DNA from: Octopus bimaculoides
Lineage: Eukaryota
Length of the DNA stretch: 64,000 nt
Reading direction: 5' to 3'
Assembly: GCF_001194135.2 (NCBI RefSeq)
Contig: NC_068982.1
Coordinates: forward strand, 37,083,127 to 37,147,126
The notes under the pieces were generated by a model that worked only from the letters and a program-made list of their open reading frames with translations, was not told the DNA's origin and ran no database searches. The position numbers and the translations under genes were made by a program. This document shows, piece after piece, positions 27,009 to 41,100 of the stretch (position 1 is the first letter of the stretch; each line of letters opens with the position of its first letter).

Positions 27009-30000
27009 TTTTTGTTTTTAAACTATATGCATGGATAAGAGGAGCCAAAGATTGTTTAGATTATGTTAAACAAGGGATTATTTCTGTTTGTAGAGCTTTT
27101 TTATGTAATCTATTCAACTAGATTACTATTAATTGGAAGATATTAAATTACCCCACTTAAAGTGAAGTGCGTGGCACATAGATATATTGATGTTGTTTTT
27201 GTGTTATAATTTTTATATACAAGTTAATAGAATAATTGGTTCAAATAATTATTCCCATTGAATCAGGTGCTGAACAAAATCTGAAAAATAAAAGGACAGT
27301 TATTTTGCTTTCATTCCTGATTACTCAATAATTTTAATTAGTGCATTGCTCAGAAGGAAAATAGACATAGATTTTATGAAGGTTAAAATGCTAGTTTATT
27401 AAGTAAATCATGTGTCTAATTTTACACAATATTGCCTTTGCTACAAAGACATGAATGGCAGTTGAGTTCTTTATTAATTTAACTGGAAAGAGCATAATGT
27501 TTATATTTTTTACTGAATGGAGATTTCTAGTTACCAGTTAATAAGTATCTTTCAAAATCTCATCAAACTAAAATAGGGTCTAAAGCTCTGAAGGTTAACC
27601 AGTTCAAGACAGTGAATTTTCCTCAGAAGTCAATGATAAAATATTTACATAAAGTGGAATTCCTGTAAAACACACTCTGGTAAATCTGTTAATATACTAA
27701 TGAATAATTCTCTATTTAAAAAACAGTAATAGGTAATAATTATTTATTATATATTTGTATATTTATATATATCTTTTGAAGTTGTTAACAATCCTCCAAT
27801 ACTTCTCTTGAAATAATTAGAAGTGAAATGGAAAATTTCAAAACTATACAACTCTAATTTCCAATACTTTACTTTTAATTAAGCTGTCATAATAAAGAAG
27901 AGAATGGGTAGCTCATATGTTCTCTGCCGATTTGTTTGTCTCCCCACCCCTTACTCACAAACCTCACAGCAGGCAAGCATTAGAATTTAAACATGAAACT
28001 TCCTCAGGATGATGATGAAACATTGTTTATCTTGGACATCTTTTTTTCTTCTACTCTTATCTTCAAACTATCATTCAGCTTCTGTTGAAAAATATTGTGT
28101 CAGCTATCATCATCACCGTCATCATCATTATTGTTGTTCTTAGCTATTCAGTAGTAAACTTGGTTCTGTGTCAGAAGACTTAAATTTATATATTTGAGAA
28201 AAAAAATTCAGTTCCACAAGAAGTTACCAATGTAACTGAACTACATAGCACTAGTTTAAGGTGGGAAAAGCTACTCATTATAACAGATAAGCCTCGATTA
28301 AATACTTAATTATAACTTTATTGTTTTGTCACTATCGCTTTTTTGGACATTTTTAAATCCGTACACTTGTGTGTTTGTAACACTTGGTCTGCTTTCTTTC
28401 TTGGAAATTGATCTGATCTTTTCTTTATTTGATAACTCTTGTCGATTGTTTTATTGAATTAAGTCAAGCTAAGTAATGTATTTGAGCAGCTTTTGTCCTT
28501 TAAAGGTTCTTGGATTTTCAGGTTCTGTTTAACTTGATCAATTGCCAGCTGCCAATTGCCAGCTGGAAAAACCATATAGAAATATCCCAAGTGTTCTTTC
28601 TCCCACCCCTATCTCTCTCTCTCTCTCTCTCTCAAATTTTGGTATATAGTGTTCACTTTCATTTAACATTATTTTTATTATTTCTTTAAAAACAAAAATG
28701 AGATGTTATTTTTATTATCATTCTGATATTTTGTGAATTAGGTCTTTGATTTTTTTTTTTTTTTTTTAGTAGCTTACATTTTATTTTTTAAATCATTTTT
28801 ATTTCCTCTCTCTGTTGGCATTATGTCATATTTGATGGTTTCTATTAGTTTAGTTAATTCAACCTCCTCGGGTGAAATATGGTTCTGAATGAAAATTAAA
28901 GTTATGCCTAGTATAAGGATATCTTGTTAAACTTAAGTGTTGAATTATCTATAAGAATTATTTATCGAAACAATAGTTTTCCTGCTTTGAAAGTTAGTAA
29001 ACCATTAAAAGAATTTTTATTATAAGTTCAAAATTTATAACATACTGCATCATATATAACTCTTGACACATGTCTGATTGTCTTCTATTAAATTTTTCTT
29101 TATCTTAACATACCATCTAGCAGTCATGTTGATATTGAAACCTCCATTTTAATATATGGTTAACTATGAGTTCTCTAAATAAGCCTGTCATGCTACAATA
29201 ACCCTTGAGTATGCAACATATTTCACATGTATTATGATCGTTAGAATTATTATGAGTGACTGCACATTAAATCAATGAACTAAAAAGATACTCTCTTACA
29301 TCATTCTGTCTTATTTAATGAGTAACATGGATTGCTAACTGTACATAAGAATGCCTTGTTAGTGAAGCAACATTTACTGCACAGTTGCTAAACTCTAGAG
29401 GTTTATTGTCATTTTATCTACAGCTGAAATCAATCTAACTTCATAATTCTTTGTTAATTATACCTTTGGACTAACATTTGTAGTTAAATGAAACTTATTA
29501 TTCACTATAGTAAAATATAATTTTTAAAATATATTTTATCTTGAAGGTATCTTCCAAACAAAAACCATATTAATGTAACAGCTATTTGGAAAAGTAAAAT
29601 TATTTTCATGTCAAATTATTTCCATCAAATCTTTTTTAAAAGAAACTTTAAGCACTTGTATAGAAATTTAATTACATATTTACATGGAAATATTTTGCTA
29701 TTTGCCATTGTTTTCTTATGGTTTCTTACATAAAATTAATAAACAAATTATATATCCTTATAGCATAACCACTCAAACTATTTTATTTTTAACTATTTTA
29801 TTCCAGAAATATTGGAATAGAAATTGTTTATAGGTATAAAAAGAAATTGGTGAAGAATGACTAATGTAACAAATTCAATAAGTATCATTCATCATGTAAT
29901 AATGTACAAATTAATCATTTGATAATATTTATTCAGAATAATAATCTGGGTTGACTGTAAAAGAAAAGTAATATAAAAACTAGAAATCTGAGTGTAATGC

Positions 30001-30659
30001 ATTTCTTCTGACCATATTAACTAATCAGCAGGGTATAGAAGAACTTGTAGCGATAAAGATCATATACACAGAGGCAAAGCAGAACAAGTACCAAGTTAAT
30101 GTTAAATTGACTGTATTTTTGAATAATAAGAAATGTATAGACGCAGAATATCAAAATATCTGTTAATTCCTAAGAATTCTATTTTTTTAAATATCTCTTA
30201 ATGAGATGGTGGTGATATTAAGTTTCTTTGGTAACTAGGTGGTTTCAGGTTCAGTTCCACTGCACAACACCTTCAGCAAGTATCTTCTGATGTAGTTCTG
30301 ATCCGACCAATGCTTACAGATTCCACCACATGTGCTTATATATGTCACCACACAAAAGTTGTGTCTGAGTGTCTGCACTCATGCATGTGTTTGTGTTCCC
30401 TCGTCTGGACTTCATGTGTCAGTTATAAGCATCTTTCACTGCCATACAAGAAGTGTTGTTCGTTTTCAAACATCTGTGAAAACTTGTTCAGCTATGGGAA
30501 AATACTGTTATATCTGGAAATGAGTGTAGTTGCTTCAACAGATTCCATCTAACACAAGAAAGTATATGAAAGTAGATATTGAAATGATGAAAACAATAGG
30601 TATATATTATATATATATATGAATGCACACACACACAAACACACATGCATATATACACA

Positions 30660-31048
30660 GGCACAGGCATGGCAGTGTGGTAACAAATTACTTCCCAATC
30701 ACGATTCTGGGGTCAATGACACAGTGACACTTTCGGGAAAAGTGTCTTCTACTATAGCCTTGGGCCGTCCAAAACCTTGTGAGTGGATTTGGTAGACAGA
30801 AACTGAAAGAAGCCTGTCTTATGTGTGTGTGTATTTGTGTGTCTGTGTTTGCCCCCCACACACACACACACACATTGCTTGGCACCAATGTTGGTGTGTT
30901 TACATCCCTGTAACTTAGTGGTTCAGCAAAAGAGACCAATAGAATATATACTAAACTTACAAACGATAAGTTCTGGGGTCAGTTTGTTTAACAAAAGCTC
31001 GTGCTCCAGCATAGCTGCAGTCAAATGACTGAAACAAGTAAAAGAATA
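30660..31048 (+). mobile_element. Near full-length tRNA-derived composite SINE
   Basis: ggcatggcagtgtggtaac head, aagtgtcttctactatagcc..gtgagtggatttggtagacagaaactgaaagaagcc core, tail ending aagtaaaagaataaa. Confidence 0.8.
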
Positions 31049-31759
31049 AATATATATANNNNNNNNNNNNNNNNNNNNNATATATATATATATATATATA
31101 TATATAAAGAGAGAGAGAAACATACACAATGTACATGCACAGAGTGATTTGTGTTCTGAAGTGTACTCTACTAGTGGTATGATTGGATGATATCTGTTGC
31201 ATGAAAAAAGTACCATTCAATAACAATACTGAAAAAGCTGGCAGTTATTTCATACTGTAGATCCATTCTGCCAATGCCAGGATGAAAAAATTATTAAAGT
31301 GATGTCAGTAACTGTCTCTTCTCCTCTCCATGAATATCTTAATGCATAAATCACATGAAAAATGTAATATCAATCAATGTGGTATAAATAAATCTATCTA
31401 GAGAGCTTACACTGTGTTCAACCTGCTAGAAGTAGCAACCAAATCTCATTAAATCTCACCCTACTGTCTTAAAAAGAGATATGGAAGAGCACATTGGGTA
31501 TGTAATCATACTGTACTTGTGAAAGAAAAAAAATTATATGATGACAGATGGAGTGCCTTTAATCATAAATCTACTCAATCACATCAGATCTGAGGTTAAG
31601 CAACAACAATGAAAATATAATTATTCATATCCTTCAAACGTCTGAGTGAAAATTCAAGTTCATAGGTCTGCGCTCTGAGTTCAAGCAATACTGAGGTCAG
31701 TTTTACCTTTCATCTTTATGGTGTTTATAAAAAAAATTCCAGTCAAATACTGAGGTTGA

Positions 31760-31777
31760 TTCTCTCTCTCTCTCTCT

Positions 31778-31830
<53 letters not shown>

Positions 31831-32003
31831 NNNNNNNNNNNNNNNNNNNNNNNNNNNNNNNNNNNNNNNNNNNNNNNNNNNNNNNNNNNNNNNNNNNNNN
31901 NNNNNNNNNNNNNNNNNNNNNNNNNNNNNNNNNNNNNNNNNNNNNNNNNNNNNNNNNNNNNNNNNNNNNNNNNNNNNNNNNACACACACACACACACACA
32001 CAC
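31760..32003. repeat. (CT)n - assembly gap (N 31831-31981) - (AC)n
   Basis: Seen directly; a further small gap (N 31059-31079) lies in a (TA)n tract. Confidence 0.95.
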
Positions 32004-34319
32004 AAATTGTATTTGATAAGTATCATGGTTTACAACTCAAAGCTTCCCCTTCTCCAGAAATGGAGGAGTCATGACTGAGAGGTTAGCATTCTGTCTTTCA
32101 TGGGAAAATGAATCAGATTTTGAAACCATCTTATGACAGTCCAATGTGTAATACAGCACTGAACAGAAATTAAGAAGAATAGTTATTTTAACTTTAAAAA
32201 GACACATTAATTTAAGTGAACATCCATACTTTCTAACCTCTTTAGAAAAATGTTAAGCTGTACACTTCAGGCAAATTAAAACAAGTCTTTGATTCTCCTT
32301 TAAAGCTGCACAGTGAGTGTCAATCAAAAATCCTGAAATTTTGTTTGAAACAAAAATATCCAGAAGGAATGACTAGGTGCATAATTTGATTAGGATAAAG
32401 AAAAAAGTTATTAATTTGGACATGCATGCCTTTAACATGGTTCTCAGATTCACTGAATGTGACAAGGTTGGCTCATTGAACTACTGGTACAACTCATTTT
32501 TGCCAGTCGAGTGGACTGGAACAACATACTGCTGGGAATTGAACTCCTGACTTTATGTTCATGAGTCAAATATACTAATCACTAAGCCACTCACATTTCA
32601 CTGCTTTTTAATACTTGCATTAAGTAAACATGCATCTAGTTGTAGTTATTTCCTCTGTTAGCCTTAATATGTGCATCAACCCTATCTTCTAGATCTTGGT
32701 TTACCTCTATTCTGGGTATGATATACTACAAGTATTCAATGTTTTTTCTTTGTTTGTTTTTTATCCCTAGTATTCAACATCTATTTTCATCCTATAAACA
32801 TATGTTATTTTTTTATTCTTCATTCTTAGCAGCTTGTGTTCTTATCCTCATTCCTTGTAACTTTTTATTTCACTTGAATTTAATTTACTTTTGAAATCTC
32901 TGGTATTCATTTTCCATATCCAGTACCTCATCTTATCCAGATTTCAATTATGTTTTAAATATTTTCACACATTGCTTATTGTGTCTGCTATTGAAATAAT
33001 TTTGTTGTGTATTTTAAAACTACTATTTAAAAACAATATTTCATTCCTATCTATTTTATTGAATTTCTATTTTAATATCTTCTCTTCACACTTGGGAATG
33101 CTTTTAAATGTGCTGTCTTTTTTTCTCTTTAGTGTAACATACTAATAGTTTCACAGTCCTTTATTCAGTAACAACTTGTGCCATAGGCAATGCACCTTTG
33201 TAATTTCCTTTTGAAGCATTCAGTTTTTGTTTTGCTTTATTGTAAGCTACATTAGTTCTTCTGAAGTATTAATTTGTTTATATAATACTAGTTTGATGGT
33301 TTCCATATGGTTTTCGTCAAGATTGTATTTTTTATGTATTTTTCTTTGATGGATTCTGTTAACGAACATAACATAGGAGGCACTGAAAACTCTCAGATTC
33401 AGATACATTAATCTTTTATGTGTTGCAAGTCAACCATTGAAAAATAAATTGATAACTATAATAATGATAATGATGTCTTTGTGTCTCAGAGAGGAAATTT
33501 AATCCTGTCTTCTTGTCTTTTATATCATCACCTTACATTGTCACACAAATTTGTATAAATCTTTGCAGCATTAGTATTGTTTTTTTTTTTTTTTAATTGG
33601 TGCTTATGTGAACAAGTGTGCTTCACCTCTACAACTAAGATGGTCACTCTTTATAAACATCTAAGTCTAATGACTTCTTAGGTACATCGTACATTTATAA
33701 CAGTAAGGTAACATACCAAAAACCGAGGGGGTTTTCTTCAGGGTTAGTAAATGTCATGACCTGAACAGTTGCTGACCATTGTTTCTTAGTACAAGTATTT
33801 TCAACACTTGAGCACTATTTATAGAGCACCAACAACACTTTAGAGACTGCACCCATAAAAGAAGTCATTACATGGTACACTACATTGCTATATTTTATAC
33901 TGTATCTATCTCTCTCTTTGTACAAGCATAATGTTATATACTTCACTCCACTTTCCTTTCCTGTAAAACTCCTTGCATATATCTTGATGAGAAAACTTTC
34001 AGAAATTTTAATTAATTATTCAATATTTTAAATTTACCATCTATCCATGAACAAAAAAAGCCTGTAGGTAGTCTTTGCTCCTAAATTATAAATAAAAACT
34101 CTAGTATACCAAAAAATATATGCATTTCATATTTTATGCATTCCATAAATAAAATAATTCAGAATCTCTAGATGTGTAATTTATTATTTAATAAAATAAT
34201 TTCATACTTAAGGCCATGAGAAATGCTATTTTTCAAGACTCCACAAAGCAAGGTGTTGCAAACACATACCAAATTTATTATACACGTGTGCATACATATA
34301 CATACAAAAACAAAAGTAC

Positions 34320-35945
34320 AGACTTGGCTGTGTGGTTAAGAAGTTTGTTTCTTAACCACTTGATTTCATGTTCAGATCCACCATACAATTTGCTCTGCTT
34401 AGCTCACCAAGCCTTGTGAGTGGGTTTGGTAGTCAGAAACTGAAAGAAGTCCATCATACGTGTGTGTGTGTGTCTGTATGCATATGAAATGTGTGTGTTT
34501 CTCTTTGTTTTAACATTATGTGATAGTTGTAAATGAGCATTGTCATTATCTACAGGGTGTTCGAGTTAAATTTGAGGATTTTTTATTCAGGAACAGTTTG
34601 ATGTATTGGTGAACAGGCAACAGTCTTGGAGAGCATAAAGATGAAACGTTCTAAAGTAAGAAAAAGTTAGCTGACATGAGGGACTGAAGCCATCTGAATA
34701 TTGGAAAAGAGTTAGCTGTACCATGATGATTTGCATTGGGTATCAAAATGCTGACATCATGACTGCTGCTCTGTGTTCTATGAACACTGTAATTGCTGCA
34801 ATGGAGTCTTCAAAGTCATGGTGAACAGGAAGGAAGCATTCTGAGCATGTAAGCATGCTGGAATCCATCCAGTAACTGCAGAACAAAGTAATGGTAGATC
34901 CAAACAAGGGGACCAGGCATTTTTGCATGAGAGTTGAATGTTGGAGTCACCACTATAAAGCTGGTTCTCAATGAGCACCTTCACTACCACTCATATAAGT
35001 GGCATAAGGGACAAATTCTGACAGCCATGAAGAATTGCTTAACAAAGGCAAAAAAGCTCCTGAACAACTGAGGCATTGTGTTGGGCTAGGAATGATCTGG
35101 TTCTACTCAGATGGAAAAGAACTTCTGCCAGGACCAGTTGCACAATACCTAGGACAACAGGTGGCTTGCCTACAATCTGTGTGCTGTCCCATGTATCATG
35201 GAAACCAAGTTCCCCGAAACTGTGATGGTTTTTGGGTGTATCTCCAATGAAGGTGATGTCATACCACATATCTGAACAGGGCCTTAGACTCAATTCAGAC
35301 AGCTATGTGAAGCTGCTGAAGACTGTGGTCAAGCCTTGGCTGGAGAGGGTTACTACTGGAAGGTCATATGTGTGGCAGCAGGATTCACTTCCTCACCATA
35401 CCTCCAGAAAGAGAAGTGGTTGTCAGAGAATTTCTATAATTTCACCAGCCTCAATTTCTGTTCTCCTAATTCCCTTGGTTGTATTCCCATGGATTACTCT
35501 GCATGGCACATGGTTGAGAAAGACACCAACTGCTCTGCCTGCAACACCAAAGCAAAGCTGGTGGCCAAGATCAAGGGAGTTTTTGAAGATCTTCAGTGAG
35601 AAATACATGCACAAAGTTCTGGAGCTGTCTTGAGGCCATGATGGAAGCTGAGGACAGCTACTTTGTGTAAACTGTTGTCTCCCAGCCATAATCTAGTTGA
35701 TATTTTTTTGATTTCTTAAAATATTCTTTTTTTTTATTTTTTTTATGCGAACTGTCAAATTTAGCTCAGACACTTTGTAAGTGGTATTATTTGTTTTCAG
35801 TCTTCTTTAGAAACATGTCTGACTATGGGATAGTATTACTTGACTTTGGGAACAGGCGAGGGTTAGTAACTGAAAGAGCATCCAACCATAGAAAAATCTG
35901 CCTTCCACGAATTCCATCTGAACTATGCATGGAAAAGTGAATGCT
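34320..35945 (+). mobile_element. SINE split by the mariner insertion (34320-34550 and 35780-35945)
   Basis: Head and core before 34551; the body resumes at 35780 and ends in catggaaaagtgaatg; same layout as the unsplit degenerate copies at 2835-3236 and 30230-30560. Confidence 0.65.
34553..35777 (+). mobile_element. Decayed Tc1/mariner DNA transposon, probably maT (DD37D) family
   Basis: TA at 34551-34552 and 35778-35779. Imperfect TIRs: CAGGGTGTTCGAGTTAAATTTG vs reverse-complemented right end CAAAGTGTCTGAGCTAAATTTG. Frameshifted transposase pieces: YSD/EKNFCQD, VMVFGCISNEGDV, LKTVVKPWLERV..YVWQQDS, KWLSENFYNF...SPNSLGCIPMDY..W. Confidence 0.9.
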
Positions 35946-38169
35946 TAAACAACAATTCTAATTTGTTCATTCAATTAAGTTCCATTTTTCTATGCTAGAA
36001 TTTGTTGACTGGGAGCTCATTTGAGGCAAACTTTTATAGTTGGATGCTCTTCTATCACCAAACCTTACCTGTTTTTCACGTGAGGGATTATTTTGAATTG
36101 TCAAGTCTTTGAAAATTCAACTCAACCTGTTGTAATGTCAACAGATAATGTAATATATCATATCACTGGTAGCAACAAGCAAGGACACAGGATGCCAGTA
36201 TTCATGTCAACACACACACACACACACACACAATGAACTTTCTGCAGTTTCTGTCTGCCAAATTCACTTGTAACGCATTAGTCAGCCTAAGACTTTAATA
36301 GAAAGCACTTGCCCAAAGTTTCATGCAGTGGGCCTAAATCTGAAACCTTGCAGTTGCCAAACAAACATCTTAGCACCACAGCCAAGCCTTCACATGCATA
36401 AGTACATGCTTGTGCATGCTCACACACACACTAATACATATATATGTAACATTAAATTCAGATCAAAATAAGACTGCAAAACTGTAGTTAGAGAGGAAAC
36501 ATTTTAGTAATATCGGGACAATTAGGTACTAATGATATGGAAATCATATACTACTATAAAACTTAACAAAAAAACTGAAAATCCTTCTTGAAATGTCTTT
36601 TTAAGAAATTCATTAGACTTATTCTTTTTTCTAAAGGAATTCAAATATTAGAGGAGTACAAGTGTACTGTACAGTTTCTGTTCAATTGAAATAACTTTGA
36701 TTTATTCTGGCAGACTTGCTTGAATGTTGGGGAAAATGCCTTGTGATAATCCTTCTGGGTTTTTACATTCCAAGTTCAGATCTTGCTGAAATTAACTTTG
36801 TCTTTCATCTTTGGGGCTCAATGAAATAAATACCAGTCACTTATTTTGGTTCATGTAATTGATCATTCCTCTCTTCTCAAAAATATTTCACTAGTACTGA
36901 AAGCTAATTCATAGATACAGTTTTAAGTATTTAAAATATAAGCTGTGTAGATTTTTTAAATTATCAAATCAGAATCTGAAATGTTTAGGCCTGATGAGAT
37001 TTCTATTTTGTCTTAAGATTAATAAAATTGGTTCATAATATGCAAAGACTTAATAGAAAACAAAATTATAGAATATATAGCAATTGAGTAATTATAGTTC
37101 CAGAAATTTTAGTTCTTAAAATCATTACTTATGTTTTCTGTCTATCATTGTGGTTTATTGTAGAAGTTAATAACCAGACACATTTATATACTCATTGAAA
37201 GATATTTTAATACTTGCAAAGGAATAGTATTTTCTGTTGAAAATAAGTTTCCTCTTCAAAAGTCAAAAAATATAATAGAACTGGGTGACATATTTTGATA
37301 ATTTTAACCAGTGTTCACCAGAACAAATGTTGAAATGTTCAACTAACTATTGAGATTTAGAAATACAATATTTTGTATGTTTTCTCTTCAGTCGAACCTA
37401 TAATTGCATAAATTTGAAAATTGATCTCCAGGCAAATTTCTGTTTGGATAATTTAGAAATAATTTGAGAAATTTGATTTGAACAAAAATTTATCACAAAG
37501 TATCTTTTGGTTGAAGTAGATTGTAGATTCTTTACTGATGACCAAAATGATTAGTTGCAGGCTACATGGTACAATCACATGGTTCCAAATTCAAATCTCA
37601 CTGCACACAGTCATGAGCAAAGGTTTCTTAGTATAACTTTGAGTTGACAAATGTTTTGTGAGTGAAATTTGGTAGATGAAAATTGTTATTTATTTATTAT
37701 GATTGCATTGTGAAGAGTTATTTTAACCATTTGAGAATACTGCAATTTGTTACACTTATATTTATTTCTTAATAATATTGTCTATTACTATTAAGTGTCA
37801 CAAAATTTCCATTGCATTTCTATAAACAAGTTACTGATACAATTGCACTACAATTGAAGAAAATCAGATACTAACCAAATTTTATAAGCCACTGGAGTTT
37901 TATTTCGATTATTCAAACATGGGAGTAGTTAATAATGTCTGTCTAATTACATATGGTCATTTGTGCTTTTGTGTTTGCCTGTATGTAGTTTTATAATGAT
38001 GTCATTTAGTTTAAAGACAAAAGTATATTATTTTTATCTATTTATCATGATTCAAGCTATATATTAAATAAAGAGATTCTTTTTACTATAATGCAACTAT
38101 TAACAATATTGATAAAACTACAATAATCAATCATTTTAAGAACGATTTAAAAGGTATTTTAATTATATC

Positions 38170-38375
38170 ACCGTGTGACTGGTCCTCGTGCTGGTGGCAC
38201 ATAAAAGCACCCACTACACTCTCGGAGTGGTTGGCGTTAGGAAGGGCATCCAGCTGTAGAAACTCTGCCAGATCAGATTGGAGCCTGGTGCAGCCTTCTG
38301 GCTTGCCAGTCCTCAGTCAAATCATCCAACCCATGCTAGCATGGAAAGCGGACATTAAACGATGATGATGATGAT
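38170..38375 (+). mobile_element. SINE/RTE-tail copy
   Basis: ggtggcacataaaagcacccactacactctcggagtggttggcg...catggaaagcggacattaaac(gat)n. Confidence 0.8.
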
Positions 38376-39629
38376 CGTACTCTTAGTTAAACTTTTGTGA
38401 GGAGTAAACAAATAAAACATTTCATCAGAGAGACATATCAGCAATTGTCGAGTTGCCTAAACTGTAATGGGCTTTTTTGAGCCAAAGCTGCCAAAGTTGA
38501 ATGCATAGTAACTGTTGTTCATCATGCTGTGAACACCATTGAAACTGGTGGCTGTTTTAACCATCCTCAGTCAAAGTAGTTGTGAAAATTTACTGAAAGA
38601 ATGAACTGATAGATTCACCATTTGTTAATGAAGAACAGGAAAATGACAGCTTTACCTAGAAATCTTGGTGAAAACTATGCCACTATATGCTTGTAAAGCA
38701 TTCCACAAGAGTAATGAAAGAACACATCAAAAGTAAGAAAATTCCAGTGTTGTTGTGTCTAAATCATATTGGAAAACTCATGAAACATTTTCAACTAAGG
38801 AAATCAAGTGAATTTTATGTTTACCTAACAAAAAAAAAGACAAGAAACAAAAGGAAGAAAAAAATTTCTGGTAAATGTGAATTGTGTTTTGTGAAATTTT
38901 TTAAGACCTGACTAAATATTCATGCCATATGATTTTATTATTTTCAGTATTTAATGCACTCATACCATTTTGTATAAATAAATTATATGCTTTAAAAGTT
39001 CTTAAAAAGACTATAACATACCATTATAAAGTAGCTTCCCTTGTTTGTGCTATTATGATTCAGTTTCACATTGAGGCTATCCATCAGTTTGTAACAAACA
39101 ATATGTTTTGTTTAATGGTGAATAACACCTGAGATAGATAAACTAGTCTTAACTTATGTCAATTTATTCACCATTTCACTATGGAAAGTTCCTCCACCTT
39201 GAATGTTTGGGTGTTGACCCGATGATACACTTGTTGCTAAATAGTGTCTACACTGGCAGAAAATGCTTCAAAATTTTATTGCAACACTACAGGTTGAAGG
39301 ATAAAATATCAACAAGCTGAATTTTTTTAATCAATTATTTATCATCATAGTTATTTGAATACATTACTGATGTGACTCTCTCTGATGCCACTGTAAATGC
39401 TTTGCAGGCTGTATATGTCAAACCAAAGAATGTAGTAATGCACAACATGTTTTGACTACTCATTGATAAGAATTTAATGAACCAGAGGCTAGTATTTGCA
39501 AATATTAAGTTTCATAGCAAAAGATTGTAACTTCAAGGTCGTACCTGCTGAGTAATAAAGGGATCACTTTAGAAGAGACCCTTTATTAATGACCTTTCTT
39601 CCTCACAAATATGACAATGTTTACTTGAT

Positions 39630-39960
39630 GACCAAAAATCATCATCATCATTGTTTAACATCCGCTTTCCATGCTGGCATAAATTGGACGGTTTGCCTGA
39701 GAACTGGCAAGCCAGGAGGCTGCACCAGGCTCCAATCTGATTTGGCAAGGTTTCTACAACTGGATATGCCCTTCCTAACACCAATCACTCCAAGAATGTA
39801 GTGGGTGCTTTTACATGCCACTGGCATGGGAGCCAGTCAGGCAGCACTGGCATTGGCCACACTCAAATGGTGCTTTTTATGTGCCACTGGCACGGATGCC
39901 AGTCAGGTAGCACTGGCATCAGTCACACTCAAATGGTGCTTTTTACGTGCCACTGGAAAT
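39630..39960 (-). mobile_element. SINE/RTE-tail copy with tandem internal units
   Basis: (ATC)n tail, conserved tail sequence, then repeated gtgctttt(t)a.gtgccactggc units. Confidence 0.75.
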
Positions 39961-40199
39961 GGTTGAAAAACACTCTGCATATTTTGTACATTCTCTTTCA
40001 ATTAATGTAGATATAGTTGTTCTGGGCTGGGGTGGGGGTGGGGAACTCTGCAGGAAAATGCTACTCATATACTTCTAGATCATTCTTCAACAGTTGCAAC
40101 AATGTTTCATGTGTGGGTTAAAGAGATATTTCCAATTAAAATACATTAGTAAGAAGGTACATTACAGCTAATCTCCTCAATCTACATCTTCAAGAGTAT

Positions 40200-40450
40200 C
40201 CACAATAGTTGCACTTTCTGCTGCTTCAACTCACTATTTGTCATGTGCTGTCGTGGACAGGTGAATAAATGGAAGACAAGCCAAGGCATTAGTGGTGGAC
40301 ACAGGAAACTCAGAAAGCTTCCTGAACAAGGAGCTAGTAAACAGACACAAATAGAAAGAAAATCCAACAAATTTTTTTTATTAGGCACCAAAATTATCAA
40401 TTTCGTTGGTTTAGAAATTGTTGCCATTTAACTATACCAGCAAAACATTA
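40200..40450 (+). mobile_element. Gypsy-type aspartic protease remnant
   Basis: INGRQAKALVVDTGNSESFLNKELVNRHK* from 40265; catalytic DTG at 40298-40306; flanked by stops. Confidence 0.7.
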
Positions 40451-40519
40451 CACTATACTCCAGTTTCCTTTTGTTATAGTCTTATTTTACCTATACCATA
40501 AATACTAAAATATTAAGTC

Positions 40520-41100
40520 ATTTCTCAGATAACATTCCTCAATTGTCCTTGTTTAACAAGGCAATTATTTTAAACATTCTGAGATATGTTGCTTCAGCTT
40601 TAACATAAACTTTCTAATATTATATATTGGGTTTGAAATCAGTTGTATTGAGAATGAAATATTTGCATTTTGCAACTTGTGCTTCTAACCAATTACTACT
40701 GTCCAAGTTGGGTTTAGTTGCATAGAGAGGAAGCAAATTATTTTTGATTTAAGTAAACATTGTGAAAGAAAGATCTTTGTTGTTTGTGTCTGAAGTAGAT
40801 CAAGACTTTCTAAAATCTATTGGCAGAGCTTTCGATATTTTTGGACCATTATTTTCCATGCACTTTTTCCTATAACCATTGCTCACAATCAATTTTTACT
40901 AGAAAATCATTATTCAATTATCTCCTTGTTTGTCTGATATAAAAGAACTGAAATCATTGAATTCTTTTCATAGATGACGATTAAGTCTCTGAAATGCATG
41001 CACTTCATTTATGTGTTTCCCACTTAGAACAAATATGACATCATTAGATGCTTTTATTGGACTACATTTTACATTAAAAGATTAATCTATATTTTTTCAA
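40520..41100 (-). mobile_element. Highly decayed CR1-like RT remnant
   Basis: Minus-strand fragments resembling the ISDKQ..F / DF.K..D / PQG order of CR1 RT motifs; heavily disrupted. Confidence 0.3.

Noticed and set aside
30026-30166. Open frame QQGIEELVAIKIIYTEAKQNKYQ as a rod exon
   Set aside because: No polypyrimidine tract, weak donors and no clear spectrin-repeat pattern.
30660-30740. tRNA-like sequence (also the other SINE heads)
   Set aside because: Decayed SINE heads with no complete cloverleaf.
39790-39960. Regularly spaced repeats resembling a CRISPR array (also 46860-47000 and 59940-60085)
   Set aside because: These are internal tandem units of a SINE family in a eukaryotic intron; no unique spacers and no cas genes.
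24140-40450. gag (24.1 kb) and protease (40.3 kb) remnants as one LTR element
   Set aside because: They are 16 kb apart, with no paired LTRs or continuity; treated as independent fragments.
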